A stretch of 64,000 nt of DNA from Gammaproteobacteria bacterium (GCA_963662545.2 CAXXLL010000002.1:480001-544000); one strand, 5' to 3'. Positions 1 to 9,046 are shown, numbered from the stretch's first letter. A program made the numbers and translations. Notes: generated by a model not told the origin, from the sequence alone.

Positions 1-562
1 CACGGCATCGACCCAACCTATACAACATGAACACAGTGAGTTAGTACTCAACCGCACGTGGCGTCCCACGCTAGCGGTCACTGGCGCAAATGGCCTGCCA
101 CCGCTGGCGGACGCGGGCAACGTGCTACGCCCAATGACTGCAGCTAAACTGTCGTTGCGCCTGCCACCGACCTGTGACGCTACAGCGGCTAGCGCCAAAC
201 TGAAAAACATTCTGGAGAGTGAACCGCCTTATCGCGCCAAGGTAACGTTTGAGCCAGAAGAAGGCGCCACCGGTTGGGAGGCACCCGAGCTCGCACCATG
301 GCTATCGCAGGCGGTTGATCGGGCGTCACAAACCTATTTCGGTCGGTCGGCTGTCTATATGGGCGAAGGCGGTTCGATTCCTTTCATGGGGATGTTAGGT
401 GAGCAATTCCCACAGGCGCAGTTTTTGATTACGGGCGTGCTCGGTCCTCACTCGAACGCACATGGGCCTAATGAATTCCTGCATATCCCTACTGCGAAGA
501 AAATCACCTGCTGTGTCGCCCAGGTAATCGCCGATCATTTTGTGCAAGCTAAAGATCGATGA
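1..562 (+). CDS. M20/M25/M40 family metallopeptidase, 3' part (starts before window)
   Basis: Frame open from position 2 (LNRTWRPTLAVTGANG...AGNVLRP); C-terminal GEGGSIPF and SNAHGPNEFL motifs. Confidence 0.9.
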   Translation, partial: TASTQPIQHEHSELVLNRTWRPTLAVTGANGLPPLADAGNVLRPMTAAKLSLRLPPTCDATAASAKLKNILESEPPYRAKVTFEPEEGATGWEAPELAPWLSQAVDRASQTYFGRSAVYMGEGGSIPFMGMLGEQFPQAQFLITGVLGPHSNAHGPNEFLHIPTAKKITCCVAQVIADHFVQAKDR

Positions 563-577
563 GAAAACGCGCAGCAT

Positions 578-1195
578 TTACCCATGCTCGCGAATCGCCA
601 CATAGTCTTTGCTCAATACATTAGCGTCGTGGGGGGCTGAAAACAGTGCCCGGAGATTTCCGGCGGGGTCGACCAGTAGCATCGCGCTTGAATGATGCAC
701 CACATAATCTTCGCCCTCACCTTGATATTGATAAAAAATACCAAGCGGTTTCGTAAGCCGTTGCAATTGGCCTTCACTTCCCGTGACACCTTTAAAGGTC
801 GGATGAAAGTACTGCACGTAGCGTTTCAGTGTAACCAGGGAATCTCGCTTGGGATCTACAGACACGAACACTACCTGCGTATCTGCGGCATAAGTCGTTT
901 CTTCGAGCCGCCGGTATACGTCCTTAAGAACAGTAAGCGTCAACGGACATACGTCCGGACAAGATGTATAGCCGAAGAACAATAGCGTCCAGTGATCTTT
1001 TAATTGCGCTCGCGTGAAAGAACGATTGTCGTAATCCTGTAGCTCGAAGTCGGGCATCGGACGACCGCTGTCTGCAAGTATTGTCGCCTGTTGCAACTGC
1101 AACGGTGGCTTGGAATACTGGCGCCACATATAATGACCGCCGAGACCGATAGCAAACGCGCAGACAGCAGCAACGGAGAATGAACTGGATTTCAT
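578..1195 (-). CDS. SCO1/SenC copper chaperone
   Basis: FFGYTSCPDVCP (CxxxC), SVDPKRD, conserved His in YVVHHS, N-terminal TM anchor. Confidence 0.93.
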   Translation of the reverse strand: MKSSSFSVAAVCAFAIGLGGHYMWRQYSKPPLQLQQATILADSGRPMPDFELQDYDNRSFTRAQLKDHWTLLFFGYTSCPDVCPLTLTVLKDVYRRLEETTYAADTQVVFVSVDPKRDSLVTLKRYVQYFHPTFKGVTGSEGQLQRLTKPLGIFYQYQGEGEDYVVHHSSAMLLVDPAGNLRALFSAPHDANVLSKDYVAIREHG

Positions 1196-1697
1196 GGCGC
1201 CTGATTATAACTATGATTCAGGCACCGCACACTGCTTCCGCGAAGCTACAAAAAGATGGCATCGAACAACTCGCAGAGAAACAAAACCGATCGGCAAATT
1301 TGCTGAACGGAGAGCTGACCGATGCAAGAGTCGCCAATTGGCGACTCTCACCCACCAAGCGAAGTCGCCCCTCGATCGAACCCTCATGGCGCCGGGAGGG
1401 ATTGACGTACAACTACCATGCCGAGGTCGCAGTGCGGTGGAAACGTCCCAACGTCAGCCGTTCCCGGCGTCGGGAATGTGGGATGGCCTTGCAGACGGCC
1501 TACAATCGAGCCTGCTGGACGGATCTACCATGCCCATACGGCTGCAAAGCCCATTACCGCGCCTGCGTCGTGGCAGGAAATCTATACGTAATATCGCTCG
1601 ACTATTGCATCTGTGGCTGGGGCGGTGAAGCAACGCCTAAACTAAGGTTTCCAGAATGGTTTGTTGGCGTATATGTATTTTGAATATAATCCCTAAG

Positions 1698-2093
1698 ATG
1701 TGCCGATCGCATGCCCCATTATCGGTGAGAAAGACCCTTTGGGTATTCTACCTCGCTGTCGCCTTGGTGTTCATCCAGGGGGCGCGGTTGCATGTGCATA
1801 TCTATAACCATGATCCGGCCACGTCGGATCATGGACATCAGGAGCAAGCACACTTCAACTATGATACCTCGGAGACAGGACACCCTGATGAGGTGGCGGA
1901 AATCGATTTGTCTCAGCAAGGTTTACTGAAATCCGTTTCATTCGGATCACTGGTCATTGCCTTATTCGTGGCAGTGATTGTTATCCTTTCACCCCGTCTT
2001 TTAACTCGAGTACCTTGGCGCCCCGATCGCCGTGGTCCTCTCGCTTCTTGGCTTTTCAGGCTACGGCCACCCCTGCGCGCGCCCCCGCTCTAA
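1698..2093 (+). CDS. His-rich exported leader-type protein ending in RAPP (DUF2946/CzcI-like)
   Basis: Hydrophobic N-terminus, HVHIYNHD..DHGH, second TM segment, C-terminal RPPLRAPPL; TATAAT at 1685-1690; start codon uncertain. Confidence 0.65.
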   Translation: MCRSHAPLSVRKTLWVFYLAVALVFIQGARLHVHIYNHDPATSDHGHQEQAHFNYDTSETGHPDEVAEIDLSQQGLLKSVSFGSLVIALFVAVIVILSPRLLTRVPWRPDRRGPLASWLFRLRPPLRAPPL

Positions 2094-2222
2094 ATCCTTC
2101 TCTTTCTGATGGTGTTGGTGGCACGGACCTGATTCGGTCTGTGCCGAGCAATGCTGTGTGCTTTCTTTTTCCTGAGAATTCTTCGTACGTGTCGTAGCAA
2201 CGCACCACACCGGGAGTGGGTG

Positions 2223-3524
2223 ATGTCGAAACTGTTTATATTATGGTGCCGAAAAAGCAGCCGGGCAGCGGTGTTCGGGCTCATGCTGTCCGGTGCCGCG
2301 CCGATATTGGTCCTGGCGCAACCGCAGGACAGTTGGACGCTGGAGGATAGCATCCGGCGTGTTGTAGAAATCGCGCCGGAAATGCGTGGGGCATGGGCGG
2401 CGGTCAGTGCCCGGCAGGGTGCCCTGCAACAAGCGGGTGTATGGCCGAATCCGCAGATCGAACTGCGCGCTGACGACAAGATGGGTAAGGATGATGGCAC
2501 CGGCGGCACCGATTTTACTCAATTCGCGTTCAGCCAGCCGCTGCCGCTGAGCGGCCGCCTTGGCCATCAGCGAGCCGTCGCCAGTGCAGAGCTGGACGCT
2601 GCCCGTACCGAACGCCGATATCAACACGTGCGCCTGGAAACACAGGTGGCGCAACGTTATCACAGCTTGCAACTGGCAATGGGTCGCTTGGGCCTGGCTG
2701 AGCAGCGTCTGCAACTCGCGGATGACCTGCAAAACATCGGGCGCCGGCGGGAGGAGACCGGGGACCTTTCCAAGCTGGAGCGTCTACGCATTGATCTCAT
2801 CCGGGAGTCTGCGCAACAGATCCTGGACAAAGCGGAAGGCGAATACAACGAGGCCCTGAGCCGGTTCCGTCCTTATTTGGGTTTAACGTCAGAGACTACA
2901 CCACAACTGACGCCACTCGAACCTTTCGATTCCATACCCGCGTTAGACCAATTGCAGGCAGATTTATCAAAACATGCGGCGTTGCTGGCCGCGAGACACC
3001 GGCTTGAAGCGGCACGATCGAGCGTGAACCTGGTTCGTTCCGAGCGTCTACCCGACCCACACTTGCGCCTGTTCCGCGAGCGGGACTTCCTAAACGGACG
3101 TCGCCAGGATGTCACCGGTATTGGTATCGCCGTTACTGTACCGCTCTGGGACCGTAAGGCTGGACGACTGAGTGAAGTCCAAGCACAGGTGGCGCAGGCG
3201 CAGTCAAAACTCCAGGTGCTGGAACGGGATCTGGGCAGCCGTCTGCGACGCAGTCATCTGCATCTTTCCCACCTGGTCCAACAAGGCAAACATTACCTTC
3301 CCCGGGTACTCGAACCTGCGCGAAAGGTTTTTGACCTGACGCGCAAGGCTTACGCGAGCGGAGAGGTAGAGATCTTCTCCCTGATCGATGCCAACAATAT
3401 CTATTTTGACGCCCACGGACGCTACCTGGAATTACTACAGGAGGCTTGGCAAGAAGCGGCGGAGTTGCGCCTGGCCGCAGGACGCGCCCTCGTGACCACC
3501 GAACAGGATACTCGCCATGAATAA
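2223..3524 (+). CDS. TolC family outer-membrane efflux protein (CzcC/CusC-like)
   Basis: Signal peptide, QAGVWPNPQ, VPLWDR, AYASGE motifs; GGGAG RBS; followed by adaptor gene. Confidence 0.9.
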   Translation: MSKLFILWCRKSSRAAVFGLMLSGAAPILVLAQPQDSWTLEDSIRRVVEIAPEMRGAWAAVSARQGALQQAGVWPNPQIELRADDKMGKDDGTGGTDFTQFAFSQPLPLSGRLGHQRAVASAELDAARTERRYQHVRLETQVAQRYHSLQLAMGRLGLAEQRLQLADDLQNIGRRREETGDLSKLERLRIDLIRESAQQILDKAEGEYNEALSRFRPYLGLTSETTPQLTPLEPFDSIPALDQLQADLSKHAALLAARHRLEAARSSVNLVRSERLPDPHLRLFRERDFLNGRRQDVTGIGIAVTVPLWDRKAGRLSEVQAQVAQAQSKLQVLERDLGSRLRRSHLHLSHLVQQGKHYLPRVLEPARKVFDLTRKAYASGEVEIFSLIDANNIYFDAHGRYLELLQEAWQEAAELRLAAGRALVTTEQDTRHE

Positions 3525-3738
3525 ACAATTGCTCATGTTAGTCCTTATATCAGCCTCGACATTAGCATTCGCGGCGGGACTGCAACTCACCCCAGCACAA
3601 CTGGCCAATGTCAATCTGACCACCGCCACTGTGAGTACCCGAGAGAGCCTCACACATTTGAAACTGAACGGTGTCCTCACCGCCGACCGGCGCAAAACTC
3701 ACCGTGTCGCGCCGTCCCTGGCACCGTGTCGTTGCTAA
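3517..3738 (+). pseudogene. Truncated RND periplasmic adaptor (CzcB-like)
   Basis: Signal peptide plus LTPAQLANVNLTT..LNGVLTAD..THRVAP, then frame ends at the element junction (~3714); no RND pump follows. Confidence 0.75.
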
Positions 3739-3924
3739 TCAACTCGTTTGCGCCTCTACCATCTTCGAATAAAGTGCTTTGAATGCGTCCCCCAGTTCTT
3801 CGGCTTGTTCAACTGCACTGCCTGAGGAGAGGGTTACCGCCTTTGACTCAAGGGCTACCTTTAACAGATCGGCCGCTGCAAACGTCTTAACTTCTGAACT
3901 CGCTGCCATCGTATTTGCCTCCAA
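3739..3924 (-). CDS. Small hypothetical protein
   Basis: Short helical ORF; GGAGG upstream of an internal ATG; GGA hairpin downstream. Confidence 0.5.
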   Translation of the reverse strand: MEANTMAASSEVKTFAAADLLKVALESKAVTLSSGSAVEQAEELGDAFKALYSKMVEAQTS

Positions 3925-3975
3925 GAATAATTATGGCCCACGAATTCTAATGTCGCGAGCACGCTGAAACGTACT

Positions 3976-3995
3976 TTTTGTATACGTATACAAAA
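3976..3995. promoter_or_regulatory. Perfect 20-bp palindrome, operator-like
   Basis: TTTTGTATACGTATACAAAA, upstream of 3739..3924. Confidence 0.55.
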
Positions 3996-4015
3996 CTCCC
4001 GCCGCAACGGGAGTT
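3992..4015 (-). terminator. Rho-independent terminator
   Basis: AACTCCCG-loop-CGGGAGTT followed by a T-tract on the minus strand. Confidence 0.6.
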
Positions 4016-4053
4016 ATGAAGGGGCGCCGTCCCTGGCGCCGTGTTCTCGTCCG

Positions 4054-4257
4054 CTAAAATAGTTTATCCAGCTCACGTTGCTGTTCATCGGACAGATCGT
4101 GGAACGAACCACCTATCCCGAGTTCCGTCTCCAATTCCTCCAGCGCATCAAGCATCGTGCGTTTGGCTTTACGCACGTGATGAGGTTCCGCCCAATCCAC
4201 CACTTGAACGCACCTGTGGAGCTTGCAAATCAGGAAATTAAGTTTGTCCTTATTCAT
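4054..4257 (-). CDS. Small hypothetical protein (67 aa)
   Basis: ATG with CAGGAG RBS; co-oriented with 4317..4568. Confidence 0.6.
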   Translation of the reverse strand: MNKDKLNFLICKLHRCVQVVDWAEPHHVRKAKRTMLDALEELETELGIGGSFHDLSDEQQRELDKLF

Positions 4258-4316
4258 GCCTGGTCTCCTGGCGCCGTGTTGTACTTAGTTGGCGTTATCC
4301 GACGTTAACGTCGTTT

Positions 4317-4568
4317 TCACTGTCCGTGGGTCGCCGCCAATTCGATCCCCTTTTTTACAGCAGCATCAAGTTGCTGCTGCGTTATCTCATCGTTTATAAG
4401 GGCCCTGCCTGCCTCTAATGCCGCCTCTTTGTCGATTAGAAACCAATCGAAAAAACGAACAAAAGCGACCTTCTTGTGTTCATCTAACTCCTCGAACATT
4501 TTTCCAATGTTCTTGAGGTGCTTGAGGGCGTTAGTGGTAATCCTGGGGGTCGTCTCAGATTCGGTCAT
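4317..4568 (-). CDS. Hypothetical protein downstream of C4-like RNA
   Basis: GGAGG RBS at 4577-4581, ATG at 4568, 83 aa. Confidence 0.6.
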   Translation of the reverse strand: MTESETTPRITTNALKHLKNIGKMFEELDEHKKVAFVRFFDWFLIDKEAALEAGRALINDEITQQQLDAAVKKGIELAATHGQ

Positions 4569-4592
4569 GCCTAGCGCCTCCATTGACAAATA

Positions 4593-4670
4593 GGAAGTCG
4601 GGCGCTGATAACCGCACAGAAACGGTCGGGCTTATTCCCCGAAGGTCTTGTATTCACCCACCCCCGACAT
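4593..4670 (-). ncRNA. C4/CI-like antisense RNA
   Basis: ATGTCGGGGGTGGG..CTTCGG..CCGTTTCTGTGCGGTTATCAGCGCCCGAC, complementary to an upstream target on the same transcript. Confidence 0.65.
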
Positions 4671-4696
4671 TGAGGCGGTACCTGCAGGATGCAGGC

Positions 4697-4755
4697 AAAA
4701 AAAATCCGCAAACTGTCGGGAGCGGTGTCCGTTCTGTGAAGGGTTATCAGACCCT
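4697..4755 (-). promoter_or_regulatory. c4 a1/b1-like target with GCGG-T-tract terminator
   Basis: GGGTCTGATAACCC..CACAGAACGG..CCGCTCCCGACA..GCGGATTTTTTTT on the minus strand. Confidence 0.6.
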
Positions 4756-4876
4756 GCCTGACAGGATAGCGCGGCGGCCTACGAAATCAAGCCGCAGGAC
4801 GTCGACGCGCGCAGCACAGCAAACCGTTCAGGTCGAGAGTACGCAAGGGTAGGGCTGAGCCGAGATCGTCGCTTAG

Positions 4877-5146
4877 GGCGCAATACAGACGGCTACTCAA
4901 GATGAGAAACTGCGCGCGGAGCACCCGGAGTGGACACAGCAGCAAATTGCTGACGCGGTAGGGAAATCGAGACAACGCGTCCAGCAAGTTGTCAGTAAGA
5001 AAGAAAATTGCCCAACTAGCAAAAAAGGATATCCATATACACGCGTGCGCACGGACAACCTAGAGAGCGCCGTGCGCACTCTGCTCAAGCACTACGACCG
5101 CAATGAAATTATCGCGGTCCCCTCGGCTGAAATCAGGGGCGTGTAA
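4877..5146 (+). pseudogene. Start-less HTH protein fragment
   Basis: Open frame not in the track: LRAEHPEWTQQQIADAVGKSRQRVQQVVS; bounded by TAG 4874-4876 and TAA 5144-5146. Confidence 0.5.
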
Positions 5147-5411
5147 TATCCGCGGCATGGACGACGGCGCTTTCCCTGCGGAGACATACGACGATCTGCT
5201 ACCGGCGATCGCCGAGGCCATCAAGGAAGTCCCGCCGGCGCCCTGCGATGGCTGCGTACACGCCAGCCGGTGTGCCCTGGAATCACTGGCCTGTCTCACC
5301 TTCATCGAATATTTCAATAGCCGGCATGGCTGCTATAACCCGGATGCACTGAGGATGCCGACAAGCGCAATCTACAATCGAGCGTTTGGCGTGGGACGTG
5401 TGCGCCGGTAA
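5103..5411 (+). CDS. Hypothetical Cys-rich protein
   Basis: PCDGCVHASRC..AC motif; start uncertain. Confidence 0.45.
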   Translation: MKLSRSPRLKSGACNIRGMDDGAFPAETYDDLLPAIAEAIKEVPPAPCDGCVHASRCALESLACLTFIEYFNSRHGCYNPDALRMPTSAIYNRAFGVGRVRR

Positions 5412-5586
5412 CTGCTGACGCCCGGTATTTCTAACCTCTCATCGCGGTGAGAAGTTAGATCCGCAACTTTCCGGTGCAGCGGAATGTTGATCAGGTCGTC
5501 GGCTGGTCGGCGGGCCAGTTTGCGGTAATGGCTAACCGCCTCCCTATTCGGAAGCTCAAAAGCGTCTGACGTTATAGGTTTTGGCT

Positions 5587-5613
5587 AAAAGAAACCCCGC
5601 GCTGAGGCGGGGC
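5587..5613 (-). terminator. Rho-independent terminator of PEP-CTERM gene
   Basis: CCCCGC-loop-GCGGGG plus TTTCTTTT on the minus strand. Confidence 0.75.
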
Positions 5614-5640
5614 TCCGTATTCTGATATAGCTTGGGATCG

Positions 5641-6270
5641 TTACGCTGCTTTACGCCTTCGAAAACCCAATCCTGCGAGTGCTAAACCCATGAGGGCGAG
5701 GCTCGGCGGCACCGGGACAACGCTAGTTTCGCGGATTAAAAAACTTCCTACCGCGGAGTTGGCTGCAAAGTCGAATTGCGTTCCCTCGCCTAAAAAGTCC
5801 GTCGTTGGGTTAGAATCGTTACCGTCAAATAGTGAGAAAAACTTGTGCTGGCCTGGTCCAGATGGGTCGCTGGATATGCCAACCACCCAATCGCTATCTT
5901 CGTTAAAGAAGGAGTAGCCCATCCAGCTAGCGACCAGGTCGGTGTTGCCTTGATATATTTCCAAATTTCCGGGAGTAGTGGACGAAACTCCCGTTATATT
6001 GAATACGAACTGGTGAATCTGATCTATGGCGGCATAACCCCACCCCTCATAATCACCGCCCATACCGAACTGTGCGGAAACATCGTTGTACGTGCGTTCT
6101 ACTGTGCTGGGGGCGGCGCCTCCGTCGAAATCAAGCCAATCGAGTCCGGTGAGGGAATCGGAAGTCCAACTAAAGTTGGCATCTGATGCGGTTGCTAGGG
6201 CAGCTTGAACATTCATGCCAAACGCCAGCAGCGCCACCGTGGAAATTACCAACAAGCTATATCGATTCAT
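5641..6270 (-). CDS. PEP-CTERM/VPLPA-CTERM-type exosortase-target surface protein
   Basis: Signal peptide, DSLTGLDWLD motif, C-terminal VPVPPSLALMGLALAGLGFRRRK; AGGAGG RBS. Confidence 0.85.
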   Translation of the reverse strand: MNRYSLLVISTVALLAFGMNVQAALATASDANFSWTSDSLTGLDWLDFDGGAAPSTVERTYNDVSAQFGMGGDYEGWGYAAIDQIHQFVFNITGVSSTTPGNLEIYQGNTDLVASWMGYSFFNEDSDWVVGISSDPSGPGQHKFFSLFDGNDSNPTTDFLGEGTQFDFAANSAVGSFLIRETSVVPVPPSLALMGLALAGLGFRRRKAA

Positions 6271-6319
6271 TATGTAACCTCCTAAAGCGACGAATTACCG
6301 TTCGCCAAATCGCCAAATG

Positions 6320-6463
6320 TCACCGCTGGCGCCTTGCTAAATCCAGCAACCCGATCAAGCCTGAGCCAAATAACCGCACCGCAGCGGGTATCGGCACCGC
6401 GCCAGTAAGCCAGGTTCCGACGATGAAGCAACTTTTCGCCCAAGGATTGATAAACCGCTCCAT
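6320..6463 (-). pseudogene. Orphan VPLPA-CTERM sorting-signal remnant (47 aa)
   Basis: Manual translation MERFINPWAKSCFIVGTWLTGAVPIPAAVRLFGSGLIGLLDLARRQR*. Confidence 0.7.
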
Positions 6464-6681
6464 TCACAACCTCGAAAATGAACCCAATATCACCGGCCGC
6501 AATGTGAGTTTGCCACACAGCGAAGAAATTGAGGCACAACTCGCTCCACGTCTATTTAGAATTTGGTGATGGCCGCATGGGTTGGTAACGGCCATTTAAA
6601 GCGCACTGAAACAGGCTGCGAAGTGACCTCTGGGGAGGTCCGCTACTGGTAAAAGCAGACGTTAACAGTGGCGATATTGGG

Positions 6682-6706
6682 AAAGAAAAAGCCGCCCGAA
6701 AGCGGC
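6682..6706 (-). terminator. Rho-independent terminator of FimB-like gene
   Basis: GCCGC-TTTCGG-GCGGC plus TTTTTCTTT on the minus strand. Confidence 0.7.
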
Positions 6707-6756
6707 CTTATCTTAAAGCGATAGCGTAAATCGTTCGGCGCGTCTGCGGCGGAACG

Positions 6757-7380
6757 CTAATCCTTCCAGAACCCATTAAACCGATTCGCCGCCAACTCCG
6801 TATACCGACAAGTATGCTGAATATTGGAATGCCCCAAATACATCTGAATCGCTCGAGTATCGTGTCCTTCATTGGCTAAGTAGAAACCGCAGGCATGTCT
6901 GAGCATATGCGGATGAACCGGAAATCCCAGCTCGGCAACTTCCCCCGCCCTCGCGATAATCTTCCGCACAGCTGACGTTGTCAGCGGCCCTCTGCGCTCA
7001 GTGACGAACACATACGGGGACTTCTCATACTCGCGCTGTAAGCGTTTAAGAGCGCGCAATTCTGGCCCTCTAAGCGGGTGTGTGGAGTCAATCCCACCCT
7101 TCATCCTTACGACGTGTAGTTGACCCTGTTTCAGGTCGATTTGGTCCCATCTCAGGGATACTAATTCGGACACGCGCAGAGCATGGCGGTAAGCAATCAG
7201 GATGAGCGTCTTGTCTCGGAACGGATGCCGACCGACCCTGCCGGCAGCCAGCATTAGTTGCGCGACTTCGTCAGGCGTTAAGTATTCGCGTGACCTGACA
7301 TCCTTGTTTCTGGGTTTCCGGGGTAACTTTCCCGAAAACGATGGTTGGGGTAGGTCGATGACGTTGGCTGTAGCCCGCAT
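6757..7380 (-). CDS. FimB/FimE-like catalytic-domain-only tyrosine recombinase
   Basis: REYLT, RHALRVSE, HPHMLRHACG, LGHSNIQHTCRY; 207 aa. Confidence 0.9.
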   Translation of the reverse strand: MRATANVIDLPQPSFSGKLPRKPRNKDVRSREYLTPDEVAQLMLAAGRVGRHPFRDKTLILIAYRHALRVSELVSLRWDQIDLKQGQLHVVRMKGGIDSTHPLRGPELRALKRLQREYEKSPYVFVTERRGPLTTSAVRKIIARAGEVAELGFPVHPHMLRHACGFYLANEGHDTRAIQMYLGHSNIQHTCRYTELAANRFNGFWKD

Positions 7381-7404
7381 GGTTGCTTACCTCGTGACCC
7401 GCAA

Positions 7405-7434
7405 CTCTCCCGAAAATGGGTGCTTTCGGGAAAG
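7405..7434. promoter_or_regulatory. 11-8-11 inverted repeat, candidate recombinase site
   Basis: CTCTCCCGAAA-ATGGGTGC-TTTCGGGAAAG; third half-site CTTTCCCGAAA at 7327-7337. Confidence 0.55.
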
Positions 7435-7462
7435 ACAGTTAGAAGTAAATTGCGAGTCAACG

Positions 7463-7702
7463 TCAGGTTTCGGACTGGCCAGGTTTGGGTGGTTCACTCG
7501 ATGTCTCCTTCGATTTCATCCGAAATGCGCGGCGGAGGACGCCTACTACGATTTCACTGGCGTTCTTGCCCTGTTTCTTAGCCCGGCGCTTGATTTCGGC
7601 GTCGATCGAATCAGGAATGCCGTAAGAGCGCGGAAGGACCTTTTCGTCTGGGTACTTCCTCTTTCGTCCGGCGCCTTCGCGCTTCCCGCCTTTCGGAGAC
7701 AT
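7463..7702 (-). CDS. Small RHH/CopG-like DNA-binding protein
   Basis: GGKREGAGRK basic motif followed by a beta-helix-helix pattern (RSYGIPDSIDAEIKRRAKKQGKNASEIV). Confidence 0.6.
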   Translation of the reverse strand: MSPKGGKREGAGRKRKYPDEKVLPRSYGIPDSIDAEIKRRAKKQGKNASEIVVGVLRRAFRMKSKETSSEPPKPGQSET

Positions 7703-8098
7703 GCAGACATTTTACATGCCCCCAACCGGCGCCTTTTGATTGATTATAAATATTCTAAAATGCAATTCAATGATTTCTTATAATATTTCTTAATATCGGA
7801 TGAAATTGGGAGTAGGATCTAGCCGCCAAGCTAGGCCGTAATTCATTAGAGAGAGCCGTTGGCATCGCAAGAAGTTAAGACGGGTGACGGACCCGAGGAG
7901 GCGCCAAGATGGATTACACGACGCAAGAAAAGCGCGATATTTTCTTTACGGCCCTAGATGTTAGGGCTGGCGTTGCGGAGCCAGAGGCTGCCCGCCAGCT
8001 CATGAAATATTTGGGACTTATGCACCAAAATCAGCAAAAACTCCTAGACATCTGATTATAAATGACATATAATAATAAGCAGTAAATAGGAGTTCCCG

Positions 8099-9046
8099 AT
8101 GGACAAGAAGCGAATCGCCCGAACAATCAGCGTCCCGGAGCTGTATCGGATATTCCCGGATGAGGCGTCCTGCCGGAAATGGATTGAGAAAGTCCGCTGG
8201 AACGGCACCCCGGTCTGCCCGCATTGCGGAAGCATTGAAGACATCAAGCCGCCGCCGCCCAGCAAGCCCTATCACTACTGGTGCAAGTCCTGCCGAGATC
8301 ACTTCACGGTCACTACAGGCACCTGCATGCATTCGACCAAGAAGCCGTTGCAGGACTGGATTTACGCGATTTATTCCGTGCTCACGGCCCGCAAAGGCGT
8401 GAGCGCGATGCAGGTTTCCAAGGAACTAGGCTGCCAATATCGCACGGCGTGGCACATGCTCCATAGGATCCGCGAAGCCTGCGCCAGCGGGGAATTACCA
8501 CTTGAGCGAGTCGTCGAGGTCGATGAGACCTACATCGGTGGGCGCGAGCGCAACAAACACGCGAGCAAGAAACTCCGCCAGGGCCGTGGCACAGTCGGTA
8601 AAATCCCTGTCGTGGGAGCGCGGGAGCGCGGCGGGAAGGTCATTGCTGAGCCGGTCGAACGCACCGACGCTGAAACCCTCGTGGCGTTCGTAGAATCCAA
8701 GGTCGCGCATGGCTCGACCATCTATACCGACGACGCCAAGGCATATAACAATCTCGCCAATGACAGCAATCAGTATCAGCATGAAACGATCTGTCATTCG
8801 GGCCATGAGTACGTCCGGGGCGATGCCCACACCAACAGCATTGAATCAACATGGGCCGTCCTCAAGCGCTCGATTACTGGCACGTGGCACCACGTATCCC
8901 GTAAGCACTTGCCACGCTATATCAACGAGGCGTCATTCCGACTGAACGAAGGCAACTGCGAAGTTGATACGATTGACCGCATGGAAGCGTTGGCAGGAAA
9001 AATCGGCGGGAAGCGGTTAAGCTATCGAGACTTGGTTCAATCTTGA
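8099..9046 (+). CDS. IS1595 family transposase
   Basis: Zn ribbon CPHC..CKSC, VEVDETYIGG, YTDD, HTNSIES, YINEASFR. Confidence 0.95.
   Translation: MDKKRIARTISVPELYRIFPDEASCRKWIEKVRWNGTPVCPHCGSIEDIKPPPPSKPYHYWCKSCRDHFTVTTGTCMHSTKKPLQDWIYAIYSVLTARKGVSAMQVSKELGCQYRTAWHMLHRIREACASGELPLERVVEVDETYIGGRERNKHASKKLRQGRGTVGKIPVVGARERGGKVIAEPVERTDAETLVAFVESKVAHGSTIYTDDAKAYNNLANDSNQYQHETICHSGHEYVRGDAHTNSIESTWAVLKRSITGTWHHVSRKHLPRYINEASFRLNEGNCEVDTIDRMEALAGKIGGKRLSYRDLVQS

Noticed and set aside
1180-1683. Overlapping plus-strand ORFs of 167 and 144 aa
   Set aside because: No recognisable domain; they overlap the SCO start and putative promoter region; probably spurious
4583-4852. 89-aa plus-strand ORF
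   Set aside because: Antisense shadow of the C4-like RNA cassette; no RBS
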